The notes under the pieces are model-generated. The model was not told the origin of the DNA. It searched no databases and worked only from the letters and a program-made list of their open reading frames with translations. This document shows positions 9,794 through 17,944 of a DNA stretch of 64,000 nucleotides, one piece after another. Each line of letters begins with the position of its first letter. The stretch's first letter is position 1. This stretch comes from Verrucomicrobia bacterium UBA1200 (GTDB lineage Bacteria > Verrucomicrobiota > Kiritimatiellia > RFP12 > UBA1067): contig DBXY01000052.1 in the NCBI GenBank assembly GCA_002309765.1, positions 84,210 to 148,209 on the forward strand, given 5' to 3'. The position numbers were made by a program, and so were the translations under genes.

Positions 9794-9814
9794 CTTGAAC
9801 ATGAAAGGAACAAA

Positions 9815-10663
9815 ATGAACGTTGGCGTATTTCTCTGTCTCGAGCCCTACACGTCGCTCGATAACAACCTCCGTCTCGCGCACGAGTACGGATTCACCCA
9901 CGCGGATATCACGGACACCCATTCGGGCGGCAGTATGTTCGCGAGCGCCGGGCTTTCTGCCTCTGTGAGTCTCGATGACAACCCGTTTGAGATCAGGCGC
10001 ACGTTCGAGCGCCACGGCATGAAGATCATGACGCTTAGCGCGCACGCGCTCCTGCTGGAGCCGTCATCTCCCGCCAACTACGCGACGGCCGAGATCATGA
10101 AGGCCATCAAGTTCGCGGCCGGCGCGGGCATCGAATACGTGATTACCACCGAGACGTTCGCAAAGAGCGAGTGGGCGAAGTCGCTCACCTACAAGGAGAA
10201 GGTGTTCATCGCCGCCGAGAAGCTGTACAACCCCTGCCGCATGGCGACGGACTACGGCATCAAGCTCTGCCTGGAGCAGCACGGTCCGCTCACGGACACG
10301 ATCGATGGCATCGGCGACATCATGGACCGCCTCGGCAACCCCGACTCACTCGGCGTAAACCTCGACACCGGCAACAGTTGGCTCGGCGGCACAAACCCGG
10401 TCGATCTCGCGAAGAAGTACCACGACAAGATCTACCACATCCACTGGAAGGACCTCGGTCCGGAGTGGCTTCCGAAGCGCGGCACCATATTCGGCTGCGG
10501 CTTCTCCACCATCGAGGTGGGGACCGGCTGCATCGACGTGGCGGGCGTGATTGAGGTTCTGAAGGACAACAAGAACATCAAGTACTCCACCCTCGAAGTC
10601 GGCGGCAGCGCGGAACTCCTCCGCGCCAGCGCGAAGTACATTGAGGACCGCTGGAACGCGTAA
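9815..10663 (+). CDS. sugar phosphate isomerase/epimerase (xylose-isomerase-like TIM barrel) protein
   Basis: 282 aa with typical TIM-barrel family features and metal-binding-type H/D/E positions (HIHWKD, LDTGN). No signal peptide. Confidence 0.7.
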   Translation: MNVGVFLCLEPYTSLDNNLRLAHEYGFTHADITDTHSGGSMFASAGLSASVSLDDNPFEIRRTFERHGMKIMTLSAHALLLEPSSPANYATAEIMKAIKFAAGAGIEYVITTETFAKSEWAKSLTYKEKVFIAAEKLYNPCRMATDYGIKLCLEQHGPLTDTIDGIGDIMDRLGNPDSLGVNLDTGNSWLGGTNPVDLAKKYHDKIYHIHWKDLGPEWLPKRGTIFGCGFSTIEVGTGCIDVAGVIEVLKDNKNIKYSTLEVGGSAELLRASAKYIEDRWNA

Positions 10664-10698
10664 AGTCTTCATTCAATCAACAGAAACGGAACGAGATA

Positions 10699-12165
10699 AT
10701 GAACGCAACACGCAGAAATTTTCTGAAGTCCGCCCTCGCGGCGGGCTCTTTCCCGACCATCATCCCCGCCAGTGTCCTTGGCGAGAACGCGCCGAGTAAC
10801 AAAGTGCAGATCGCGCTTATCGGGTGTGGGCGCATCGGCACCACGATGGATATCAGCGGGATTGCGCGGAACGAAGACATCGCCATGCTAACCACGATCT
10901 GCGATGTCGATGCGGCGCGGCTGGCGAACATGAAACCCGTCGCGGAGCGCTATTATCAGCACAAGATGGATCATCTCAAGCTGGAGATGGATTATCGCAA
11001 GGTGCTGGACGATCCGGGAATCGACGGCGTGATGATCTGCACGCAGGACCATTGGCACGCGCGGATGGTGGTGGAAGCGTGTCTAAAGGGAAAAGACGTT
11101 TACGTGCAGAAACCGATGGCCCTCTCCATCGAGGAGAGCGAGGCGATCGTGGAGGCGGTGCGCCGCACGAAACGGGTTTTCCACATCGGCACCCAGCAGC
11201 GGAGCGACCGGGGCGGATGCGGCGACGGTTTCCGGCGCGGGGTCGAGTATGTGATCAGCGGACGCATCGGTACCCTCAAGCGCATCGACGTGGGAATCAT
11301 CGACAACAGCCCCGCTACGGAGTGGAACGTGCCGCTGTACGAGGAGACGCCCGATCCGCGAGACTTTAATTTCGATCTCTGGCTCGGTCCCGCCCGCAAC
11401 GATGTGCGCTATTCGCAGCTGCGCACACACTGGCGTCCCGTCGGGCCGGACGGGAAAGTTGTCGCCAAGATCCCCGGACAGAATGTGGGCTGGCTGCAAA
11501 TCCAGGACTACTGCACCGGCAACATCTCCGGCTGGGGTTCCCATCACGTGGATATCGCGCAATGGGCAATGGGCGGAACCGGCCCGCTTTCCGTGAAATG
11601 CGAAAAGGCCACATTCCTTAAAGGACGACTGTTCAACGTGCATGACGACTGCCTTATCACCTACACCTACCCGAACGGCATCGAAATGCGGCTCGGCACG
11701 CCGCGCCTCACCGGGTTCCGTTGCGGAACCATGTTCTACGGCGAAAACGGCGACTGGATCTCCACCTGCCGCAACACCTCCGTGATTCCCGAAGGGAAAC
11801 GAGTCGATACCGCCTTCAAGCCTAAGGCGGATGTCTGGCGCAACTGCGAAGCGAACAAAAAAGAAATTCTGGAGGGAGAACCCGAAAAGCAGGTGGTGCG
11901 CAACAACGAGAAAAACCACCACCGTCCCTGGTTCCTCGGAATGCGTTCGCGCAAGGACACAAACATCACGGTTGAAGAGGCCAATACCTCGACAATCTCC
12001 TGCATTCTCGGTTACCACGCGATGAACAACATCGGTCACACCATCGGTTGGGATCCGGTGAAACGCGCCTTTACGAATCCGGAAGACCAGAAGCTCTACA
12101 GCTGCTTCGAGCGGCCGCAGTTCTCGGTCGCCCAAGCGCTGAAGGAGATCCGGCAACGCGGGTAA
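10699..12165 (+). CDS. TAT-exported Gfo/Idh/MocA-family NAD(P)-dependent oxidoreductase (ThuB / glycoside 3-dehydrogenase-like)
   Basis: Twin-arginine signal RRNFLKSALAAGSF. Rossmann motif IALIGCGRIG. Gfo/Idh/MocA core VYVQKP. Lies directly upstream of a ThuA-domain gene. Confidence 0.8.
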   Translation: MNATRRNFLKSALAAGSFPTIIPASVLGENAPSNKVQIALIGCGRIGTTMDISGIARNEDIAMLTTICDVDAARLANMKPVAERYYQHKMDHLKLEMDYRKVLDDPGIDGVMICTQDHWHARMVVEACLKGKDVYVQKPMALSIEESEAIVEAVRRTKRVFHIGTQQRSDRGGCGDGFRRGVEYVISGRIGTLKRIDVGIIDNSPATEWNVPLYEETPDPRDFNFDLWLGPARNDVRYSQLRTHWRPVGPDGKVVAKIPGQNVGWLQIQDYCTGNISGWGSHHVDIAQWAMGGTGPLSVKCEKATFLKGRLFNVHDDCLITYTYPNGIEMRLGTPRLTGFRCGTMFYGENGDWISTCRNTSVIPEGKRVDTAFKPKADVWRNCEANKKEILEGEPEKQVVRNNEKNHHRPWFLGMRSRKDTNITVEEANTSTISCILGYHAMNNIGHTIGWDPVKRAFTNPEDQKLYSCFERPQFSVAQALKEIRQRG

Positions 12166-12175
12166 AGGAGACACC

Positions 12176-13750
12176 ATGAGAACAGGTCTAATCGCCATCG
12201 TGGTCATGGCTGTTTCCGCACTGTTGGCGGCAGATCCCGCATCCCGGGATCTCGCGGGAGACGCGGAACGGTATTTCGCAAAGCACACGGTGCCGGGACT
12301 GAAGTCGTTTCAAGATCTTTTGAAACTGGCGGTTTCGCCAATCGACAATCCGGTAGCGGTGGACGCGACGGTTCTGCCCAAACACAAGAATAAGAAAGTC
12401 CGCTGCTGGGGACCGATGATGGTTCCCGTATTCCGTTCGTGGGGACTGAATGCGGAGGAGCTGGATCCCGACGCGCTCGCGAAGGGCGAATTACCGGATG
12501 TTATCTTCGTCACCCAAGCGCCATATTACACGCAGGGCGATGTCGAGATGATCTTCCGGACGGCGGCGGAAGGGGGCCATGTGGTCACCTTGAACGCGAC
12601 CGACCGTTGGAGCGAGGCAATCGCGAAACGGCTCGGCTTCGCTTACGGCGGTGTGCTGACAATCGGTGCGCCGGAACGAGGCGGCGTACTGTTCCCAAAC
12701 TGCCCGAAACTCGTTGACGGTTTTCCGGCAAAACCCCGGCTTGATGCCGAATTCCGCGAAATCGGGCAATGGTTGCACGGGATGTATCTAACAGGTGACC
12801 GTTGCCTGATGGGAGTGGCGGATATCAGTCAAGGACGCATCGCCTCGGCGGTCGCGCAGTATCCGGTCGGGCGCGGGGCGGTCACGCTTTTCGGGCCCCG
12901 CCTTTACGAGAAGCCGGATCTGCCGGTCTGCAAACGGATGCTGCTCAACCTGATTGATCTGCGCGCCCCGGCGCCGAAACCGTTGGGGCTGCCGTTCGTA
13001 TATCATCCCGATCCGCCCGAAGGCAAACCCTACTTTGAACTTCGTGTGCCGGGCACACGCGATGAATACCTCACGGAAGCGCGTCCGAAAGACCACATTT
13101 GGCATTTGGGTTGCTTCTTCTCGTGGAAATTCATCAACGGCATTAACTTCTGGGAGCCGAATGCGCACGGCTTGACGAAAGTGGTTTCCCATCGGGAGGA
13201 AAAGACGGCGCAAGGCGCGCGGTTCGATTCCGAATTGGACTATGCGCTTGACGGTCGGGTAATCTTGCGGGAACGCCGGACCGTGGATGCGGTTGTCCGT
13301 CCTGACGGCAATTACACCCTCGAATGGACCGGCCTTTTCGAAGCACTGGACGATCTCGCGTTCACCGCCAGCAAGCCCCAGTGGGACAAGGAAAAGGGAA
13401 CCTGTAACGGTAACGGATACGCCGGGCTTTCCGCGCGCCTGGCAAAAAACGCGGCGTTTTCTTACTCCTACACGAATGCGCTCGGCTCGGTTGACGCGCG
13501 ATGTTACGGCGACATCTCGCCGCGTATGGACGTTTACGCAAAGTCGAAACGTACCGGTGAGACTACTCGGCTTTCATTTATCGCCGACAAGCCGACGGCC
13601 AACTACACCCTGCATTGGCCAGAAAAGAACGACGGCGACGGGTTCCACTTCATCGCCTTTCCGGAGATGTTTAACGGAACGCTCCAGATGAAGAAAGGCG
13701 ACAAGCGGGAGTTCCATTACACGGTTGAGGTTATGAAGGTTTTGCGTTGA
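12176..13750 (+). CDS. secreted two-domain protein: uncharacterised N-terminal domain fused to a PmoA-like (DUF6807-like) C-terminal domain
   Basis: Signal peptide. Residues about 30-270 are paralogous to the N-terminal half of the next gene (TDRWSEAIAKRLGFAYGGVLT..ERGGVLFPNCPKL versus TDRWSEVIAKRLGHTYGGVLT..ERGGVLFTNCPKL). The C-terminal half (DHIWHLGCFFSWKFINGINFWEPNAHG...) is assigned to the PmoA-like family from memory only. Confidence 0.55.
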   Translation: MRTGLIAIVVMAVSALLAADPASRDLAGDAERYFAKHTVPGLKSFQDLLKLAVSPIDNPVAVDATVLPKHKNKKVRCWGPMMVPVFRSWGLNAEELDPDALAKGELPDVIFVTQAPYYTQGDVEMIFRTAAEGGHVVTLNATDRWSEAIAKRLGFAYGGVLTIGAPERGGVLFPNCPKLVDGFPAKPRLDAEFREIGQWLHGMYLTGDRCLMGVADISQGRIASAVAQYPVGRGAVTLFGPRLYEKPDLPVCKRMLLNLIDLRAPAPKPLGLPFVYHPDPPEGKPYFELRVPGTRDEYLTEARPKDHIWHLGCFFSWKFINGINFWEPNAHGLTKVVSHREEKTAQGARFDSELDYALDGRVILRERRTVDAVVRPDGNYTLEWTGLFEALDDLAFTASKPQWDKEKGTCNGNGYAGLSARLAKNAAFSYSYTNALGSVDARCYGDISPRMDVYAKSKRTGETTRLSFIADKPTANYTLHWPEKNDGDGFHFIAFPEMFNGTLQMKKGDKREFHYTVEVMKVLR

Positions 13751-13771
13751 AATTGAAGAAAGAGGGAAAAG

Positions 13772-15343
13772 ATGAATCACCATATTGTCCGGTTTGCAAT
13801 ATCAATGCTCGCGTTCTGTATGTTGTCCATGGCAAATGCCGACGATGAAGTGCCGCGCTCATTCGCAGATGAGGTGGAACGCTATCTCGCCACGCATCCG
13901 GTAGCGGGAATGGATAGTTATGCCAACTTCTGCCGTCTCGTGGCGCAACCGGCGGCGCAGGGCGCGGTTGACGCCGTCGTGCAACCCGACCACAAAGCCC
14001 GGAAGATCCGCTTCTGGGGCGCGTTGGAACACCTCGCGCTCTTCAAGACGTGGGGACTGGACGCGGAAGAATTCGATCCCGAAGCTGCCGCGCAAGGGGT
14101 TTATCCCGATGTCATCTTCTGCCATCTCGAACCGAACTATTCGCAAGGAGCCGTCGATCGGATTCTGGATGCTGTTCGTCACGGCACGCACTTCGTAACT
14201 TTGCAGAATACAGACCGTTGGAGCGAAGTGATTGCGAAGCGGCTCGGACACACCTACGGCGGCGTGTTGACCGCGCCCGCGCAGGAGCGCGGCGGCGTAC
14301 TCTTCACCAACTGCCCAAAACTTTTCGCCGGTTTCCCGGAGGGACGGCTGGACGCACCGCTTTTCGGTTTTGTCGGACAGTCACGTCACGGAATGTACCT
14401 TTCCGGCGACCGCTGTCTGCTGGGCGTGGCCGACACGCACAAATGCCGTATCGCGACGTCGATCGCGCAATACGCTTACGGAAAAGGCGCGGTCACTCTT
14501 GTCGGACCGTGCGTTAATCCCCATTCCAAGAAAGATATGAACGATCCCGCCTATAAGCGGCTTTTGCTGAATCTGGTGACATTGTTGCCCGCCGTAGTTA
14601 GCGAAAAGCCTTATGATGTGCTGCTCTATACGCGCTGGAAGTGGCATCGCGATCCCAAGACCGGGGTCGTCGGTTCAAAAGGCTCGTTCCATCACTTCTC
14701 CACCGAGACCGGCGCGGGAAATATGGCGGCATATTTCACGGCCAAGGGCCGCACGGTAAAAGTAACGGACGATCCCGAAATCTTCCGCACCGAAGGCTTT
14801 CGGAAATGCCCCTGCGTGGTCTTCGCCTGCGCCAACGAGGAACAGTTTGAGACCGAAACCCAGCGCGAAGCCTTCTATGCGTGGGCGAAAGCGGGCGGCG
14901 GAACGCTCGTCCTGCACTCCGCGAGCAATTGCGAAGTCGGTAACGCGGCATGGCGGGAATTTCTGGGCGGGACCTTCCTCTTCCACTACCCCAAGCATTT
15001 CCCCGTGCCGTTCGCCGAAGCAGACCGCACCCATCCCGCGATTGCGTGTCTGCCGAAGGATTACGTTTGGCCGTCCGAGGAGATTTATGTAAACGACATG
15101 GTACCCGGTGCCGTTACCCCGGTGCTCACATTCCGGGCTGACACCATGCCGGAGGAGATGCGGGATTGGCTCAAGGCACGCGGGCACACCGCAGTAAACG
15201 GACGCCACATTTTGGAATGGACAAAGGATTACGGCAAGGGCCGCGTTTATTATTCCGCGCTTGGACACGATGCTTCCGGTTTCGCCAGACCGGAATTTCT
15301 CGAACATCTCTACCAAGCCGCGCTTTGGACGACGGGACAGTAA
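13772..15343 (+). CDS. secreted two-domain protein: the same uncharacterised N-terminal domain fused to a ThuA (trehalose-utilisation, class-I glutamine-amidotransferase-like) domain
   Basis: Signal peptide MNHHIVRFAISMLAFCMLSMANA. The C-terminal half carries clear ThuA motifs: GGGTLVLHSASN, HP..LPKDYVW.SEEIY, EWTKDYGKGRVYYSALGHD, LYQAALWTTG. Confidence 0.7.
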   Translation: MNHHIVRFAISMLAFCMLSMANADDEVPRSFADEVERYLATHPVAGMDSYANFCRLVAQPAAQGAVDAVVQPDHKARKIRFWGALEHLALFKTWGLDAEEFDPEAAAQGVYPDVIFCHLEPNYSQGAVDRILDAVRHGTHFVTLQNTDRWSEVIAKRLGHTYGGVLTAPAQERGGVLFTNCPKLFAGFPEGRLDAPLFGFVGQSRHGMYLSGDRCLLGVADTHKCRIATSIAQYAYGKGAVTLVGPCVNPHSKKDMNDPAYKRLLLNLVTLLPAVVSEKPYDVLLYTRWKWHRDPKTGVVGSKGSFHHFSTETGAGNMAAYFTAKGRTVKVTDDPEIFRTEGFRKCPCVVFACANEEQFETETQREAFYAWAKAGGGTLVLHSASNCEVGNAAWREFLGGTFLFHYPKHFPVPFAEADRTHPAIACLPKDYVWPSEEIYVNDMVPGAVTPVLTFRADTMPEEMRDWLKARGHTAVNGRHILEWTKDYGKGRVYYSALGHDASGFARPEFLEHLYQAALWTTGQ

Positions 15344-15377
15344 TAAAACTCCGCCCAACGCCGCGCCGGCCCGCATG

Positions 15378-16583
15378 CTACAGTGACATTTCGAGGAGCG
15401 TCTCGAATCTGGCGGTGCGCGGGAAAAGATCAAACAGCTGGGCGCGGCGGAGGCGGTAGCCGCCTTCAAGAATTATCTTCAAATCGCGGGCCAAGGTGGC
15501 AGGGTCGCAGGATACGCAAAAGATTCTCGGCACGCCGCTGTCACGCAATTGTTGCGCCACGTTTGCCGCCATGCCGCCGCGTGGCGGGTCAACGATAACG
15601 GTGGTTTGGTCCCGATGCGCCAGAATCCCGTTTAAATCAAAATGTTCCGCGCCCAATTCCAGGCAACGGAAATCTGCCGGCGAATTCCACGCCTTGGAAT
15701 TTTTCTGAGCGGCGGCAACCGCCGCCCGCCCCGACTCCACACCCGCCAAACGAGTGCCGCCGTTAACGAGGCAGGACAGACCCAACGCCCCCACGCCGCA
15801 ATAAAGGTCAACGATCTCCCCTGCCCCGGAGAATGACGAAAACCACTCCGTCAAAGTCCGAATAAGCAACGAAGCGGCAACGGGGTTTACCTGAAAGAAA
15901 CCATCCGCCGGAACTTGGAGCGGTCCGAACGGGGTACGCTCGGTGAGCATTCGGGGTAAAGTGGAATGTCGCATGGCGGCACTGTACCATCCCGCGCCGT
16001 CGGATTCGGTGCAACGGAACACCACATCCGCGCCGGGACGAAAACGCCGCACGGTAGGCGAATGCAACAACCTGGACAACTCGATGTTTATTGCCGGGTC
16101 GGAGAGCGGGCAGCTGGAGGTCGGCAAAATCTGGTGAGAGCGTTCCCGCATATAACCGAGCGCGATCCGTCCGTCGCGATTACGGCCGCAATGCAAAGTG
16201 AGCTTATTGCGGTAATTAAGGTGGCGGGGCGACGCGACCGGCGGAAGCATGTCCAATCCGTCATATCCCGGCAACCTCGCCAACGCCTCTTGGAGCTGAG
16301 CCTGCTTGACGGCCAATTCCGCGGGATAGGCAAGATCGGCGTAAACGCAACCGGGAACCGGTGAACCGGAGGAAAGTCTGCAATCCGAACCGTCAATCCG
16401 GTCGCGGCTCGACGCGAGCAACTTCACAATACGCCCGCGCATAAAAGAACGCTTGCGCTGCACGATTTCAATCTGGACGGTTTCTCCGGGAAAGGCTCCG
16501 GGAACGAACACCACCGCGTTATCGAGACGCGCCAAGCCGTCACCACCGTAAACGCACTTCTCAATGGTAACCGTTTCCGTCAC
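15378..16583 (-). CDS. RumA/RlmD-family 23S rRNA (uracil-5)-methyltransferase (TRAM domain plus class I SAM methyltransferase)
   Basis: N-terminal TRAM-like beta-barrel (VYGGDGLARLDNAVVFVPGAFPGETV). SAM-binding motif DLYCGVGALGL and a C-terminal catalytic region. The GTG start overlaps the miaB stop (GTGA). Confidence 0.7.
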   Translation of the reverse strand: MTETVTIEKCVYGGDGLARLDNAVVFVPGAFPGETVQIEIVQRKRSFMRGRIVKLLASSRDRIDGSDCRLSSGSPVPGCVYADLAYPAELAVKQAQLQEALARLPGYDGLDMLPPVASPRHLNYRNKLTLHCGRNRDGRIALGYMRERSHQILPTSSCPLSDPAINIELSRLLHSPTVRRFRPGADVVFRCTESDGAGWYSAAMRHSTLPRMLTERTPFGPLQVPADGFFQVNPVAASLLIRTLTEWFSSFSGAGEIVDLYCGVGALGLSCLVNGGTRLAGVESGRAAVAAAQKNSKAWNSPADFRCLELGAEHFDLNGILAHRDQTTVIVDPPRGGMAANVAQQLRDSGVPRIFCVSCDPATLARDLKIILEGGYRLRRAQLFDLFPRTARFETLLEMSL

Positions 16584-17932
16584 TGCACCACCTCGCCGTA
16601 AAGCGTCTGTGGGGCGGCACGGGTTATGCGGACGGGGACGATAGCTCCGGCGCGAATGCCCGGCACCGGTTCAAACACCACGATTTTGTTACCATCCGAG
16701 CGACCGGCCCAACGTTTGGCGTTGCGCAAACTGCGCCCCTCCGCCAACACCTGCTGGACCGTACCGACCAGTAATTCGTTGTTTCGGACCCCGCGCAAAT
16801 CCTGATCGGACAGCAACACCTGATTGCGCCGCATCTTCTCCGTTTCCGAAACATCGTCCTCCATTGCGGCGGCCGGGGTACCCGGACGAGGCGAATACTT
16901 AAAAATAAAGGCGTTGTCAAACCCGGCGGCATCCATCAAACTGCGGGTTTGCTCGAAATCCTCAACCGTCTCGCCGGGGAAGCCGACAATCACATCGGTA
17001 GTGAGCGCAAAATCCGGCATCGCCGAACGTAACCTGCCAACCGCGTCAAGGTACTGCTCGCGGGTATAACCGCGGCGCATGGCCTTCAAAATGCGGTCGG
17101 AACCAGACTGCACCGGCAGATGCAGGTGGTGGCAGATTTGGGGGATGGTGGACATCGCCCGCACCAATTCGGCGGTACAGCCGGAGGGGTGGCCGGAGGT
17201 GAAACGCACGCGCAAAATGCCGGGCAAGGCGGCAACCGCCTCCAAAAGCCGCGCAAATGGCTCGCGGTAACCGCCGGGTGACGGCGGGTCAATCGCGTCA
17301 TCCCACACCGGGTTCATTCGGCCGTAGTTCATCACGCTCTGACCCAGCAGGGTAACCTCGCAAACGCCGTGTCGGGTTAGCGCGGCGATTTCAGCTACAA
17401 TCTCGCGCGCCGGTCTGCTGTATTCGCATCCACGCACATCGGGAACAATACAGTAGGCGCAACGGCGGTTGCAGCCCAACAAGATGGTGACAAAAGCCGA
17501 GAAACCTCCGTCCTCGGTATGCGCTTCCGGAACGTCCGGCACTTCGTTGGGATCGGAGAATTCGCTGATTCCGCGTTCGCCGGCTATTACCCGCTCCACC
17601 AGCCGCGGGATCGCCCCGGCCCGGCGGGTTCCGACCGAAAAATCCAGCGTCGGGACCCGTTTGAAGATTTCATTCCCCAACCGTTGCGCCATGCATCCCA
17701 TCAATCCCACCAAACGTCCGGGATGGTCGCGGCGCGAAGCGCAAAGCAAACCGAGTTTGCCCAGTGCCTTGTCCTCGGCCTTGGCCCGCACGCTGCAAGA
17801 ATTGACGATCACCAAATCGGCGTCCTGTTCGGATTCCGCCGCGACATACCCGGCGGCGGAAAGCACTGCGGACACCGCTTCGGAATCGCGGACGTTCATT
17901 TGGCAGCCGTAAGTGTGGAGAAAAAACTTCAT
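16580..17932 (-). CDS. miaB: tRNA-2-methylthio-N6-dimethylallyladenosine synthase MiaB (radical-SAM methylthiotransferase)
   Basis: N-terminal MTTase domain (FLHTYGCQMNVRDSE). Radical-SAM CxxxCxxC (GCNRRCAYCIVPDVRG). C-terminal TRAM domain. Confidence 0.9.
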   Translation of the reverse strand: MKFFLHTYGCQMNVRDSEAVSAVLSAAGYVAAESEQDADLVIVNSCSVRAKAEDKALGKLGLLCASRRDHPGRLVGLMGCMAQRLGNEIFKRVPTLDFSVGTRRAGAIPRLVERVIAGERGISEFSDPNEVPDVPEAHTEDGGFSAFVTILLGCNRRCAYCIVPDVRGCEYSRPAREIVAEIAALTRHGVCEVTLLGQSVMNYGRMNPVWDDAIDPPSPGGYREPFARLLEAVAALPGILRVRFTSGHPSGCTAELVRAMSTIPQICHHLHLPVQSGSDRILKAMRRGYTREQYLDAVGRLRSAMPDFALTTDVIVGFPGETVEDFEQTRSLMDAAGFDNAFIFKYSPRPGTPAAAMEDDVSETEKMRRNQVLLSDQDLRGVRNNELLVGTVQQVLAEGRSLRNAKRWAGRSDGNKIVVFEPVPGIRAGAIVPVRITRAAPQTLYGEVVQ

Positions 17933-17944
17933 ATTTGTCAGCGG

